Notes: a model not told the origin generated them from the sequence alone. 64,000 bases of DNA from Thermodesulfobacteriota bacterium (GCA_965223335.1 OZ244991.1:480001-544000), one strand, 5' to 3'; numbered from the stretch's first letter, positions 10,509-21,333 are shown. A program made the numbers and translations.

Positions 10509-13500
10509 ATGATGCTTCGCAAACTTTTCAAAGTTATCGGAATTTTATTTCTACTACTGATAGTTCTGCTGGTCGGGGCTACGTTCTTTACTCAGACTGC
10601 TACTTTCAAGAACATACTCAGAAACACTGCAGAAAACATTGTGAGCTCCGCTACGGGTCAAACTTTTAGGATCGGGGAGGTACGAGGTAATTTTTATAAC
10701 AAGATCCTGCTTAAAGACGTCTCTCTCGAGGTCGATGATAAAGAGTTTGTGGAGTTTAAAGAACTCCTGGTCCAGTTCTCACTACTCGAACTACTCGACA
10801 GCTCTATGCTCTTTAACAAAACCGTGCTTCTAAGACAAGTCGCTGTAAACGGGCTTGATATCAACCTTGTGAGGTTTGAGGACGGCAGATGGATTTTCAA
10901 CGACATAGGCTCGGGTGAAAAAAAAGAGAAACCAGAAAAGAAAACCGAGGGCGAACCGAAGTGGAGCATACTGCTTGACGACTTTGTGTTGAACGAAGCA
11001 AATATCAACCTTACGGATATTAAAAAGAACGAGAGCATGACATTTGAAATTCCCGATATCGAGCTCTCGCTCAAGATGATCAATATAAGCAAAAACATCG
11101 AGCTTGACCTAAAGAACGCCGATTTCAACGCCCCCACGCAAAGAATCAACATAAGCAGCTTCTCGACAAAGGCTAATTATTCAGAAACAGAAGCCTCTAT
11201 AGAGAACCTCAAGTTCATATTAAACGGGGCCGAGATTGAGCTTGACGCCAATGTGGTAGACCTAAAAGAGACCCCGAAATTTAATTTCAATGCCCAGGTA
11301 AAAGACTACGTGTTTGAGAAGATAGGCAAGTTTAACGGTGTGGTGGAGGGAGAGGGCGAATACCATAGCCCCGAAAACATAAAGTTAAACTCCAAAATCC
11401 AGATGCCAGATTCTGTAATATTCGATAAAAACGTGAGTGCCTCTATTGAGAACCTAGAGCTAAACGGCCCCGACCTCGCTATTAGCGGCGGGCTCATCGA
11501 CACCGATTTCGGCAAACTCAACCTAAACGGTACAGCGAAACTAAACAGGATTATAACAAAAGAGGGCAATAACAGTTTTGACCTCAATGTGGTGCTAAAG
11601 GATATAGAGACCAATCAGGTAATGGCACTTATCGAACAAAAGACCAACAAAAAAACCGATGCCGTAAACACAAAACTGGGCGCTACTCTAAACGCTGATT
11701 TAAACACCAAGGGGAGTTGGATCGAGCCTGGGGATATAAGAGTCGAAGGTCTTATTAATAGTCTCACTCTTTCTGATGAAGGAGCCGGGGAACTAAGTTT
11801 AGACGGCACGACCCAAGTCACGCGCAGAGACCTTACACTTGATATAAATACAAAATTGAACAAACTCGACCTAGGCACCATACTGGCTAAAGACAATTTT
11901 GATAGCAGCATATCCGCTGATTATAAGGTCACAGGCAAGATCCCCTTCGAGGGCAGTATAGTATCGGGATTGGACCTTAACCTAGACGGCAAAATAGACG
12001 CATCTGAGATCTTTGGTATCGAGATTAATAACGGTGAGACAGACATCGCTTACAAAAACGAAATTCTCACCATAAACGCTTTAGAGATTAACACCGACAA
12101 ATTCACCCTAGAGACCAAGGGCAGGGGCAAAGGACAGGAGACCGATTTCACATACGACCTAGAGGTAAACGACTTAGGTCTACTCAGAGAGATTAAAGAG
12201 AACCTGGATGTCCAAGGATCTCTCACAGCTACGGGGCAAGTAACAGGAAAAATAAGCGAGCCCGAGATAACAGTCGACGCTACGGCTAAAGATTTCGCGT
12301 TCGGCGAAAAGATCAAAGCCAACACTCTTGAGCTGGAAGGTGATCTATCACTGGTTCCAAAGAACCTCATTATAAACGCCAATGCCGATCTAAAAGAACT
12401 CACCATAAACGATATCCCATACGAAGGGGCAAGCGTACGTGCAAAGACACAAGACCAGGTACTATCGATTGACCTCGATATTGTAGAGAACGAGGAGACC
12501 GGCTACGAATTAAGCTCAGATATAACCGGTCTTACCGACAAAGTGAAAACGATCCGGGTCAACAAACTCAGGCTAGATATTCTCAATACCGAAGCAGAGA
12601 ACAAAAACCCGATCAACCTGAGAATCTCACCAGATAAAATAAGAATTGAGTCCCTAAACTTGTATCAAAATCAAAGCTCTCTTGTGGCTGATGCGGATAT
12701 CAACCTAAAGGGTAATGTCGATGCAAACATCGCTTTAAAGGATTTCAATCTAAGCGATCTGGCAGATGCCCTACAGATGAAAAACCCCTTAGCTGGCAGC
12801 CTAAACGGCACTGTGAACCTAAACGGCTCGGCCGCAAACCCCCAGCTAAGCGCAAAGCTTAGGGGAACTAACCTGAGCTATCAGACATTCGATTACGGAG
12901 AGCTCGACCTAAACCTAAACTACCAAAACACTTTAATGAACATAGCTTTCTCAATCACAGAAAACTCAAACGAGATACTGAAACTCACAGGCACCTCCAA
13001 CATCGACCTCTCGCTCAATAAACCGCCAAAAGAGCTGGGAAAGAGCAACTTGAACCTATCTCTTTACTCAAGTGGTGTCGACCTGAGTCCCATCGAGGGT
13101 CTTGTGGACGAGGTAGATAATCTAGACGGCAGTCTCAAAGTAGACCTAAAAGTATATGGGGAACTCTCCTCACCCCAGGCAACGGGAACACTGTCGGTCA
13201 CAGACACCGTACTCAAACTAAAATCACTTAGGAATAGTGTCACGATTAAGGACGCCAAACTCGATATGAAGGGTCGCAGTGGGGCCTTGAACAAACTCGA
13301 GCTCGAGACCAAAGAGGGCACCGGAAGTTTCCAGGGCACTATAGATTTGAGCACTTTAAAATACGATGTCACGGGTACGATGGATGATCTGATTATAGAG
13401 CCCAAGAAAATATCTGCCAAGCTTAGGGGTAACGTTAAAATCGAGGGCGAAAAGGAAAAGATTAAATTAAGCGGTAAAGCAGTGGTAAGACGAGGCAGGA

Positions 13501-14351
13501 TTCATATCCCCGATGTCCCTCAAAAACAGGTTGAGGACATCAAATTCGATGACGCTGGGGATCAAAACGAGATAGAGATTGGAACAGAGCCCGAAAACGA
13601 CGGCTATTTCTACAACAATATGGCTCTCGACCTAAATGTGCGGATGAGGGGCAACACCTGGGTTAGGGGCAGGGGTGCGAACATCGAGCTCAAGGGTGAT
13701 CTGGATGTTAAGAAGGATTTCCGGGACCCTGTACATTTATCGGGCAATATCGATACAGAACGGGGAACATACGAGACGTTCGGAAAACTCTTTCGGATTG
13801 AAGAGGGAGCGGTCAACTTTACAGGTGGCGACAAGATCAACCCACTACTCGACATAAAGGCTCTTTACGAAGTCTCTGACGTGAAGGTCTATATCAACAT
13901 AAGCGGGCGAGTCGATGCCCCCAAAGTCGAGTTCACAAGCGACCCCGCCATGACCGAAACCGACATTATCTCCTATCTTGTATTCGGTGTGTCGTCGGAC
14001 AAGATAGGTTCCAATGACAGGGATTCCGTCCAAAATGTCACGACAGGCCTGGCAAGCGGGCTTGCGGTAAGGGAACTGGAAAAGCTCATGGGCGGGAAAC
14101 TATCTCTGGATGTGGTTAGTGTCACGGGCGGTACGGGGGGTCCCAATATTGAGCTCGGTAAATATCTGACCGACGACCTATACATTGCCTACGAGAGGGG
14201 CACCACAGAGTCTATATTGAACTCAACAAACATTACTCAGAACAAAGTGCTCGTTGAGTATCGGTTGTTCAAATTCCTTACGATTGACGGGGACATTGGG
14301 GGAGAGAATCCCGGAGTCGATGTGTTTTACAACCACAACTTTAATTTTTGA
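10509..14351 (+). CDS. tamB: TamB/AsmA-like translocation and assembly module protein (DUF490 C-terminus)
   Basis: N-terminal signal anchor, long beta-rich body, C-terminal NPLLDIKA...FTSDPAMTETDIISYLVFG...ELGKYLTDDLYIAY; 1280 aa. Confidence 0.8.
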   Translation: MMLRKLFKVIGILFLLLIVLLVGATFFTQTATFKNILRNTAENIVSSATGQTFRIGEVRGNFYNKILLKDVSLEVDDKEFVEFKELLVQFSLLELLDSSMLFNKTVLLRQVAVNGLDINLVRFEDGRWIFNDIGSGEKKEKPEKKTEGEPKWSILLDDFVLNEANINLTDIKKNESMTFEIPDIELSLKMINISKNIELDLKNADFNAPTQRINISSFSTKANYSETEASIENLKFILNGAEIELDANVVDLKETPKFNFNAQVKDYVFEKIGKFNGVVEGEGEYHSPENIKLNSKIQMPDSVIFDKNVSASIENLELNGPDLAISGGLIDTDFGKLNLNGTAKLNRIITKEGNNSFDLNVVLKDIETNQVMALIEQKTNKKTDAVNTKLGATLNADLNTKGSWIEPGDIRVEGLINSLTLSDEGAGELSLDGTTQVTRRDLTLDINTKLNKLDLGTILAKDNFDSSISADYKVTGKIPFEGSIVSGLDLNLDGKIDASEIFGIEINNGETDIAYKNEILTINALEINTDKFTLETKGRGKGQETDFTYDLEVNDLGLLREIKENLDVQGSLTATGQVTGKISEPEITVDATAKDFAFGEKIKANTLELEGDLSLVPKNLIINANADLKELTINDIPYEGASVRAKTQDQVLSIDLDIVENEETGYELSSDITGLTDKVKTIRVNKLRLDILNTEAENKNPINLRISPDKIRIESLNLYQNQSSLVADADINLKGNVDANIALKDFNLSDLADALQMKNPLAGSLNGTVNLNGSAANPQLSAKLRGTNLSYQTFDYGELDLNLNYQNTLMNIAFSITENSNEILKLTGTSNIDLSLNKPPKELGKSNLNLSLYSSGVDLSPIEGLVDEVDNLDGSLKVDLKVYGELSSPQATGTLSVTDTVLKLKSLRNSVTIKDAKLDMKGRSGALNKLELETKEGTGSFQGTIDLSTLKYDVTGTMDDLIIEPKKISAKLRGNVKIEGEKEKIKLSGKAVVRRGRIHIPDVPQKQVEDIKFDDAGDQNEIEIGTEPENDGYFYNNMALDLNVRMRGNTWVRGRGANIELKGDLDVKKDFRDPVHLSGNIDTERGTYETFGKLFRIEEGAVNFTGGDKINPLLDIKALYEVSDVKVYINISGRVDAPKVEFTSDPAMTETDIISYLVFGVSSDKIGSNDRDSVQNVTTGLASGLAVRELEKLMGGKLSLDVVSVTGGTGGPNIELGKYLTDDLYIAYERGTTESILNSTNITQNKVLVEYRLFKFLTIDGDIGGENPGVDVFYNHNFNF

Positions 14352-14362
14352 AGAAGGAATAT

Positions 14363-14791
14363 TTACTGCAAAGTCCTGTCGTTTTCCACCTCTACTCGCG
14401 GCATAGGGATGGGCGAGGCATGGTGGAGTACAAGGTTCCAGCCGTGCTCTGTATGTTCATAAATATTTGTGGTCTGAGCAAAGCCTGCGGATTCCCCGGG
14501 CCCTTCTCCGTAACTGATTTTTTCTATACAAATTACCCAGGCCAATCCCTCGGACACATCCACTCTGACATCTAACAAACTTATTGATGTAGGTGCCCCA
14601 GACTCGAAAATTTTTTCCCAGCTTTTTCTGATGGCTTTCCAACCGTGGAGCATAGGCCAACCCGGATGCACACACCTAGCACGTGGCTCACATATCCAAA
14701 TCTTATCCATCAAGTCTATGTTGCTGGTCTCAACAGCCTTGTAGAAAGTCTTGTTTAACTTCATTACCTCCCTGCGTGCATTGTCGGCCAT
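14363..14791 (-). CDS. NTF2/SnoaL-like fold protein
   Basis: NxxFYxAxE, CVHPGWxxLxGW, AWVICIE, TNIY, LVLHHAS. Confidence 0.8.
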   Translation of the reverse strand: MADNARREVMKLNKTFYKAVETSNIDLMDKIWICEPRARCVHPGWPMLHGWKAIRKSWEKIFESGAPTSISLLDVRVDVSEGLAWVICIEKISYGEGPGESAGFAQTTNIYEHTEHGWNLVLHHASPIPMPRVEVENDRTLQ

Positions 14792-14850
14792 ACTTCTAGT
14801 ATATCTTGTAATTCTTTTAGTTCATCTAATCTTTTTCATGCTCAAAGGAT

Positions 14851-16008
14851 TTAGGTGCTCACACACCGGGACCGCAAGCCCTCTATCTCAACCAATAAAT
14901 CTGTAATCTCGCTCCTTACTACGTTGTCCTCTTCCCGGGATAGTTGAGCTTCGAGGATATCCTTGCTACCCTCCCCCATCAGTTTCCATAGCGCCCACGC
15001 CGCGTGTACTCTCACAAGGGGCTCGGGGTCTTTTAGGCATTTTTTCACAGCTTTTACGAAATCGGGGTTCCCCGAGTTTCCGATTGCAATCAAGGTGTTT
15101 CTCAAAAGCCCCCTCCTCTTAGTCCGTTTAACAGCACTGTCTTTGAACTTTTTGTTGAACTCCTCGGGGGTTAACACGGCCAGATCAGCAAGATCGGGTG
15201 CTAATAATCCCTCCCTCGGTATAAATGCATGCTCGTCGGTAACCCCGGCACTTTTGTTCCAGGGGCAGACGTCCTGACAAATGTCACAGCCGTATACGTT
15301 GTTATCGATTTTATCTCGTAACCTGCTTGGAACGGGGCCCTTAAGCTCAATTGTCAGGTACGATATGCATAGCCGCGAGTCAAGCTCGTATGCGGCTACA
15401 AGAGCGTCTGTGGGACAGGCATCTATACACATAGTACAAGTGCCGCACCTATCGGGTACAGGGGAATCATAATCAAGCTCTATATCCGTAATGATCTCGC
15501 CCAGAAAAAGCCATGAACCAATCTGTTGATTAATAATGCATGTGTTTTTCCCGACCCACCCCACCGCGCCATATTTAGCATATGCCCTCTCCAACACAGG
15601 ACCAGTATCTACATATATCCGTGCATTTAGATTAGAGTCCACACACCCTTGAATACATGTAAGCAGCTGCTTGAGATAACTATGGATAAGCTCGTGGTAG
15701 TCATCCCCCCAAGCATAGCGCGAAACCCACCCCTTATCTTTATCGTGCAGGCTTGTGGAATAGGGGTGGTCAGTGTTGTAATTTAGCCCGCACGTGATAA
15801 CCGACTTGGCACCGCTAAGCAGGTTTGCTACATCCCCACGGCGCTCGGGGTCCCTACCCATATAGCCCATCTCTCCCGCAAAACCCTTTTGGAGCCACTG
15901 CTTATACCACTGGGTCTCGGGGTACTTGCCCACGGGTGCTATGCCTACAAGATCAAAACCTATGTCATAGGCGGCTTTCTTAATAGAATTAGTTAGCTCC
16001 CGACACAT
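14851..16008 (-). CDS. queG: Epoxyqueuosine reductase QueG with C-terminal HEAT repeats
   Basis: SRYAWGDDYH, VDTGPVLER, CGTCTMCIDACPT, CISYLTIE, GCDICQDVCPWN. Confidence 0.95.
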   Translation of the reverse strand: MCRELTNSIKKAAYDIGFDLVGIAPVGKYPETQWYKQWLQKGFAGEMGYMGRDPERRGDVANLLSGAKSVITCGLNYNTDHPYSTSLHDKDKGWVSRYAWGDDYHELIHSYLKQLLTCIQGCVDSNLNARIYVDTGPVLERAYAKYGAVGWVGKNTCIINQQIGSWLFLGEIITDIELDYDSPVPDRCGTCTMCIDACPTDALVAAYELDSRLCISYLTIELKGPVPSRLRDKIDNNVYGCDICQDVCPWNKSAGVTDEHAFIPREGLLAPDLADLAVLTPEEFNKKFKDSAVKRTKRRGLLRNTLIAIGNSGNPDFVKAVKKCLKDPEPLVRVHAAWALWKLMGEGSKDILEAQLSREEDNVVRSEITDLLVEIEGLRSRCVST

Positions 16009-16090
16009 GACCCTATTGTATCATATGCGGGGCTTTGCGTTCATGCTCGGTTGTAGAAAGTTAGTGTGGATTGGTAATTGGGCAGTAGTG

Positions 16091-16597
16091 TTAATCCGAC
16101 CAACCGCCGGGGTATTTCTTTGAGCGTACAATAAGCTCTGCAATCTCAATTAGAGCACCTGCGCCTGTGTCGTAGGTCGGGTAGTAAGACACGGCTTTTA
16201 TATCCAACGGTGCATCGGGTGGTGCTGCAGAGAACACGGCATGACCGGCGATAGAAGTATCACTACTCTCGGCAAGGATAAGTGCTATCTGTTCATCGGC
16301 CAGACGGTACTTGGTCTTGGTCTTTCGATAAAACTCCCCGCTGTCATCGACGCGGGGCTTAAGCACAATACCAAGCCTTTCGGCCACAGCTGATAGGTCC
16401 CGAGACTCATTAGGGCTATAAGCCACACACCCCACATGGAACGTCTTAAGTTTCTCTAACCATATGGCGTTTGGCAGAAGATGACCTTCTTGAGCAATCT
16501 CTCGAATATTGTCAGATTCGAATATTGCAGCATTAACAATAATGAGCTCTATGCAAGAGAGTGCCTGGACCAAATCATTTCGCATTTTGTTAAACAT
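16091..16597 (-). CDS. Degenerate KdsC-like HAD-fold protein lacking catalytic aspartates
   Basis: C-terminus FSAAPPDAPLDIKAVSYYPT..GAGALIEIAELI resembles KdsC; the motif I DxDG position reads VNAAIF. Confidence 0.55.
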   Translation of the reverse strand: MFNKMRNDLVQALSCIELIIVNAAIFESDNIREIAQEGHLLPNAIWLEKLKTFHVGCVAYSPNESRDLSAVAERLGIVLKPRVDDSGEFYRKTKTKYRLADEQIALILAESSDTSIAGHAVFSAAPPDAPLDIKAVSYYPTYDTGAGALIEIAELIVRSKKYPGGWSD

Positions 16598-16780
16598 AAT
16601 GTCACCATTACTTATAAACAGCTTACCATTCTAAGCCCCAAGCATAGCTATTGCAAATCCGAAGCTTGTTACTCAATGTCTTATTTGCCAAGCATATAAT
16701 ATATAACTCTTAGTTCTGCGTAATCTCGACAGACCTGTGCTTTGAAGACGGTAGAGCAAAATGTATACTGATTCCATAAT

Positions 16781-17476
16781 ATGATGCGATTTTACAAAAG
16801 CGGAACTAGAACCGGTTTTCCCTTCATAAACTACACCCTTATAGCACTAAACATAGCAATTTTTCTCTATATATTGGATTCCGGTACCGGTATTAATACT
16901 ATATTTAGGGAGTACGGCCTTATCCCCTCTCATATCTTTACACTCCAGAGCTACAGCCTTTCAGAGAGAACCCTACCGTTTCTAAGCTATTTGTTCCTTC
17001 ACGGGGGGTGGGCCCATCTGTTATGGAATACGCTTTTTCTATATATATTCGGGGCAAAGGTCGAGAACCGAATGGGCCACATGAAATACCTGGCCTTTTA
17101 TTTGATCTGTGGGGTGATAGCCGGGTTGTTTCAGGTAGTAACTCACCTGGGCTCCGATATTCCAACGGTGGGTGCAAGCGGTGCTATCTCGGCTGTATTG
17201 GCTGCGTTCTTAACGTTCTTTCCCCGGTCAAAGATCACTCTGGTCCCAAATATATTCTCTTTAAAGCGTAGGCTAATGCCTGCTGCTGCATTTATTTTGT
17301 TGTGGTTCATCATACAGTTCCTGGGTGTAATGGACACGGTAGACACCGATGGAGATACCGGCGGGGTAGCAATATGGGCGCATCTCGGAGGTTTTGTAGC
17401 CGGTATCTTTTTATCTAGACACTTCCAACAAAAATTAAAGGTCGTCCCCGACAATAAGCCTACATATTATCATTAA
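16781..17476 (+). CDS. Rhomboid intramembrane serine protease
   Basis: FLHGGWAHL, GASG (Ser) and AHLGG (His); multiple TM helices. Confidence 0.9.
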   Translation: MMRFYKSGTRTGFPFINYTLIALNIAIFLYILDSGTGINTIFREYGLIPSHIFTLQSYSLSERTLPFLSYLFLHGGWAHLLWNTLFLYIFGAKVENRMGHMKYLAFYLICGVIAGLFQVVTHLGSDIPTVGASGAISAVLAAFLTFFPRSKITLVPNIFSLKRRLMPAAAFILLWFIIQFLGVMDTVDTDGDTGGVAIWAHLGGFVAGIFLSRHFQQKLKVVPDNKPTYYH

Positions 17477-17567
17477 CCGCTTTCATCACCCAGTTGGATC
17501 AATCTCTATGCATTTGGTAAACTATATCAAACCTAAAACGAGTCCTTTATCCAAAATCATCGATTAA

Positions 17568-18830
17568 ATGGCAAAAACAGCCAAAAATAACAAACTCGCA
17601 ATTGTCGTAAGTGGTGGCCCGGCACCGGGTATAAACGGTGTTATAAGTGCGGCAACTATAGAGGCCATAAACAGGGGTATAGAGGTACTGGGTATAAGGG
17701 AAGGATTTAAATGGATAGCAGAAGGCAACTTAAAACACATTGAAAAATTAACGATTGGAAAAACGTCCCGAATCCATAACACCGGGGGTTCCATTATAGG
17801 AATCTCCAGGGAAAACCCCACCAGCACTAAAAAGCGGCTAAGCAATACGATAAATTCACTTAACAAACTGGGTGTTAAATACCTAATAACCATAGGGGGC
17901 GACGGCACTCTTTACCTCGCCAATAGAATCGGGAAGGAAACCAAGGGGCGTATAAAAATAGCTCACATCCCCAAAACCATAGACAACAACCTCCCAATGC
18001 CGGGCTACATCCCCACTTTCGGGTATGAGACCGCCAGAAACATAGGCACGAGTCTCTTGCATTACCTTATGGAGGATGCAAGGACTACAAATCGGTGGTA
18101 CTTCGTAGTAACAATGGGCAGAAGAACAGGGCACTTGGCTCTGGGCATCGGTAAGGCAGCGGGGGCAACCCTAACCATCATTCCAGAGCAGTTCGGATCA
18201 AAACCTATATCACTAGGAGTGTTGGTTAAGATCCTTGAGGGTGCAATTATTAAAAGATTATCCATGGGCAGAGAAGACGGTGTAGCAGTGATAGCCGAGG
18301 GGATCGCAGACAGACTAGAACCGGGCGAGTTAGAGCAATTAAGTGATGTGGCTCGAGATAAACACGGCAGGATAATGCTTTCCGAGGTGGACCTCGGTCA
18401 ATTGCTAAAACACAGAGCACGGGAACAACTGAAAGAAAAGGGGTTGGATACGAGGATTGTAGACAAGCGGATAGGCTATGAACTCCGCTCAGCCCCACCC
18501 ACTCCATTCGACGCCAAATACACTCGCGACCTCGGTTACAGTGCTGTAAAATTCCTGCTCTCAGGCGGCACGGGGGCTATGCTCTCGATCCAAACCGGTA
18601 AGATGGTACCTCTATACTTTAAGGACCTTGTAGATAAAAACACAGGGAAAGCAAGGGTTAGGTACGTGGATATCGATACGGAGTCTTACGAGGTAGCTGT
18701 TAAGTATATGATAAAGCTAAACCAAAACGATTTATCAAATAAAAATAATCTACGGAAATTGGCAAAAGCTGCCAATATGAGCTCTGCTGAGTTTAAAAAC
18801 TATTTTCATGATATAATCGAAATAGTTTAA
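17568..18830 (+). CDS. pfk: 6-phosphofructokinase (PfkA superfamily; PPi-type scaffold with GGDG motif)
   Basis: SGGPAPGINGVI, IGGDGT, PKTIDN, MGRRTG, IGYELR. Confidence 0.88.
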   Translation: MAKTAKNNKLAIVVSGGPAPGINGVISAATIEAINRGIEVLGIREGFKWIAEGNLKHIEKLTIGKTSRIHNTGGSIIGISRENPTSTKKRLSNTINSLNKLGVKYLITIGGDGTLYLANRIGKETKGRIKIAHIPKTIDNNLPMPGYIPTFGYETARNIGTSLLHYLMEDARTTNRWYFVVTMGRRTGHLALGIGKAAGATLTIIPEQFGSKPISLGVLVKILEGAIIKRLSMGREDGVAVIAEGIADRLEPGELEQLSDVARDKHGRIMLSEVDLGQLLKHRAREQLKEKGLDTRIVDKRIGYELRSAPPTPFDAKYTRDLGYSAVKFLLSGGTGAMLSIQTGKMVPLYFKDLVDKNTGKARVRYVDIDTESYEVAVKYMIKLNQNDLSNKNNLRKLAKAANMSSAEFKNYFHDIIEIV

Positions 18831-18957
18831 TTTTTTCATACAATCCCTCGTCCCGTACTTAGCGGAGAGATGCTAATTGGCAATTTTTAATGAAAAAATT
18901 TAATTTTGAAGCAGAAACCATTGACATTGTTCTAGAATTATGATAAAAAATCTACCA

Positions 18958-21333
18958 ATGCTTTCTAAATATTCCATCATTTCAATACTGTCCTGCATCC
19001 TACTCTTGATTGGGTGCTCAAGCAAATCACCAAACTATAGATCATCATCTCCCGGACAGGCCGGAATACATATGGGCGATTCCAACTCCATGTCCGATAT
19101 TCAGTTTGTTGACGACGAGAACTATCGCCCCTACGAAGAGGAGTTTGAGGAAGAAGAGGTCCAGTCCTCTTTTTATCTCTCAAACCCCCATCTACAGGTA
19201 TGGCAGTCTTACTACTATTTTGAGAACGTGCTCTCGGACTTTCCAAGCGTAGTTCCAATGACAGAGAGCGAGATTCCTGTAGTACTAAACGACAAGGTTC
19301 ACCATTACATCAACTTTTTTCAAACAAATGGACGTAACTTCTTTGCAAAATGGTTATCCAGGTCCGGCAAATACATCCCGATGATGACTGAGATCCTAGA
19401 AGATCAGGGTATGCCTAAGGACCTAGTATATCAGGCAATGATTGAGAGCGGCTTCAGTGTTTCAGCTCGCTCACACGCAGGAGCTGTGGGCCCGTGGCAA
19501 TTCATCAAGCCCACCGCCAAACGCTATGGACTCAGGGTTGACACTTGGACCGACGAGCGGATGGACCCTCGTAAGGCAACAATTGCAGCATCCAATTATA
19601 TGAGGGACCTCTATGAGATGTTCCAATCGTGGGAACTGGCGGCTGCAGGTTATAACTGTGGTGAAGACAGGGTTCAAAACGCAATTGATAAATATCAGCT
19701 CTATGATTTCTGGCAGATCTCGGAACACACACTGCCCAGAGAAACAAAAAATTATGTCCCCAAGATGATGGCTGCATTAATCATAGCCAAAAACCCTGCG
19801 CAATACGGGTTTACAGGTATCAATTATCAAAGCCCGCTTAGGTTTGAAACAGCCGAAGTAGCAGGGCAAAAGAAACTATCGGATATCGCAAAGGTAATAG
19901 GTGTAAGCCCTACCAAACTTAAGGAACTAAACCCGGCACTCCTACAAAAGGCGACCCCACCGGGCGGTTCATATCAAATAAATGTGCCGATTGGTTACGC
20001 CAGGGTTGTATCCAATAAGAGTACTCAAATTGCCAAGCTGCCAAAGGCAAGCCCGGTTCATGCTAAAAACAGCAAATATGCCAAGCACAAGGTACGCAGG
20101 GGCGATACATTAGCAAAGATAAGCTCGCGCTATGGCGTGAAGATGTCGAGCATTAAGAGGGCAAACGGACTCAAGGGATCCAAAGTCATGTTGGGCCAGA
20201 CCCTCACCATCCCGGGTGTAAGCAGCAAATCAACAACGTCATCATCTAAAAACCGCACTACGACAGTTAAATACAAGGTACGCCGTGGTGACACGCTGGG
20301 TGCAATAGCTGCCAGACACAGGGTCAGTGCCAGTTCGATAAAAAGGGCAAACGGCATAAAGGGCAGTCTCATCAAATCCGGCCAGACTATTACAATCCCA
20401 GGAGCATCGGGTAGATACTATGACGATGTAGGCGGAAGCGTAAGACCTACCATATCAAAATACAGGGTTAAGTCAGGTGATACTCTTGGCGGTATCGCAG
20501 CAAAGCACAGAGTGAGCATTACTACGATAAAAAGGACCAATGGGATCAGTGGTTCGACTATAAGAACGGGCCAGGTTCTAAAGATCCCTCATGTCGGCGG
20601 CACTACCTATGCAAGTTCCAAAACGAGCACAAAACAGACTAGAAGCACTATAAAGTACAAGGTAAAAAGAGGCGATACTCTAGGTGGCGTTGCGGCCCGG
20701 CATAGGGTTAAAATCGCAACTATCAAAAGCACTAACAACCTAAAGAGCAACAACATCATGGTGGGCCAGACCCTCACCATCCCGGGCTCGTCCTATAAGG
20801 CCAGCTCAAGCACCTCTAAGAGAAGCGGTCAAACAGTAAAGTACAAGGTTAAGCGTGGGGACACCCTCGGAGGTGTTGCAGCCCGTCACAAGGTTAAAAT
20901 CGCAACCATCAAAAACGCTAACAACCTAAAGAGCAACAACATCATGGTGGGCCAGACCCTCACCATCCCGGGCTCGTCCTATGTTGCCAGCTCAAGCACC
21001 GCTAAGGGAAGCAAACCCACCAAGTACAAGGTTAAGCGTGGCGATACCTTAGGTGGTATAGCCGCACGCCACAATGTTAAACTCGCTTCAATAAAGAGTG
21101 CCAATAACATCTCCGGTTCTAATATCCGAGTAGGTCAGGTTATCTCTATCCCCTCGGGCCAAAACGGTCACAGAAGCGCTAAGGCCTCTACGGTTCGTTA
21201 CAACGTTAAAAAAGGCGACACTCTTTGGGAGATTGCAAGCAAACACAACGTTACCGTTGCCAATATTAAAAAGTGGAATAAGCTAACCTCCAACAGCCTT
21301 GCCCCCGGCAAGAAACTGACTATCTACCGCTAG
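18958..21333 (+). CDS. mltD: Membrane-bound lytic murein transglycosylase D-like lipoprotein with multiple LysM domains
   Basis: Lipobox LLIGC; SLT domain AMIESG, AVGPWQF, YNCGE, ETKNYV; seven KVxxGDTL-type LysM repeats plus one degenerate. Start may be 18940 or 18958. Confidence 0.88.
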   Translation: MLSKYSIISILSCILLLIGCSSKSPNYRSSSPGQAGIHMGDSNSMSDIQFVDDENYRPYEEEFEEEEVQSSFYLSNPHLQVWQSYYYFENVLSDFPSVVPMTESEIPVVLNDKVHHYINFFQTNGRNFFAKWLSRSGKYIPMMTEILEDQGMPKDLVYQAMIESGFSVSARSHAGAVGPWQFIKPTAKRYGLRVDTWTDERMDPRKATIAASNYMRDLYEMFQSWELAAAGYNCGEDRVQNAIDKYQLYDFWQISEHTLPRETKNYVPKMMAALIIAKNPAQYGFTGINYQSPLRFETAEVAGQKKLSDIAKVIGVSPTKLKELNPALLQKATPPGGSYQINVPIGYARVVSNKSTQIAKLPKASPVHAKNSKYAKHKVRRGDTLAKISSRYGVKMSSIKRANGLKGSKVMLGQTLTIPGVSSKSTTSSSKNRTTTVKYKVRRGDTLGAIAARHRVSASSIKRANGIKGSLIKSGQTITIPGASGRYYDDVGGSVRPTISKYRVKSGDTLGGIAAKHRVSITTIKRTNGISGSTIRTGQVLKIPHVGGTTYASSKTSTKQTRSTIKYKVKRGDTLGGVAARHRVKIATIKSTNNLKSNNIMVGQTLTIPGSSYKASSSTSKRSGQTVKYKVKRGDTLGGVAARHKVKIATIKNANNLKSNNIMVGQTLTIPGSSYVASSSTAKGSKPTKYKVKRGDTLGGIAARHNVKLASIKSANNISGSNIRVGQVISIPSGQNGHRSAKASTVRYNVKKGDTLWEIASKHNVTVANIKKWNKLTSNSLAPGKKLTIYR
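20732..20982 (+). repeat. Identical 65-bp direct repeat between adjacent LysM modules
   Basis: 20732-20796 equals 20918-20982 (ctaacaacctaaagagc...ctcgtcctat); period 186 bp. Confidence 0.9.
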
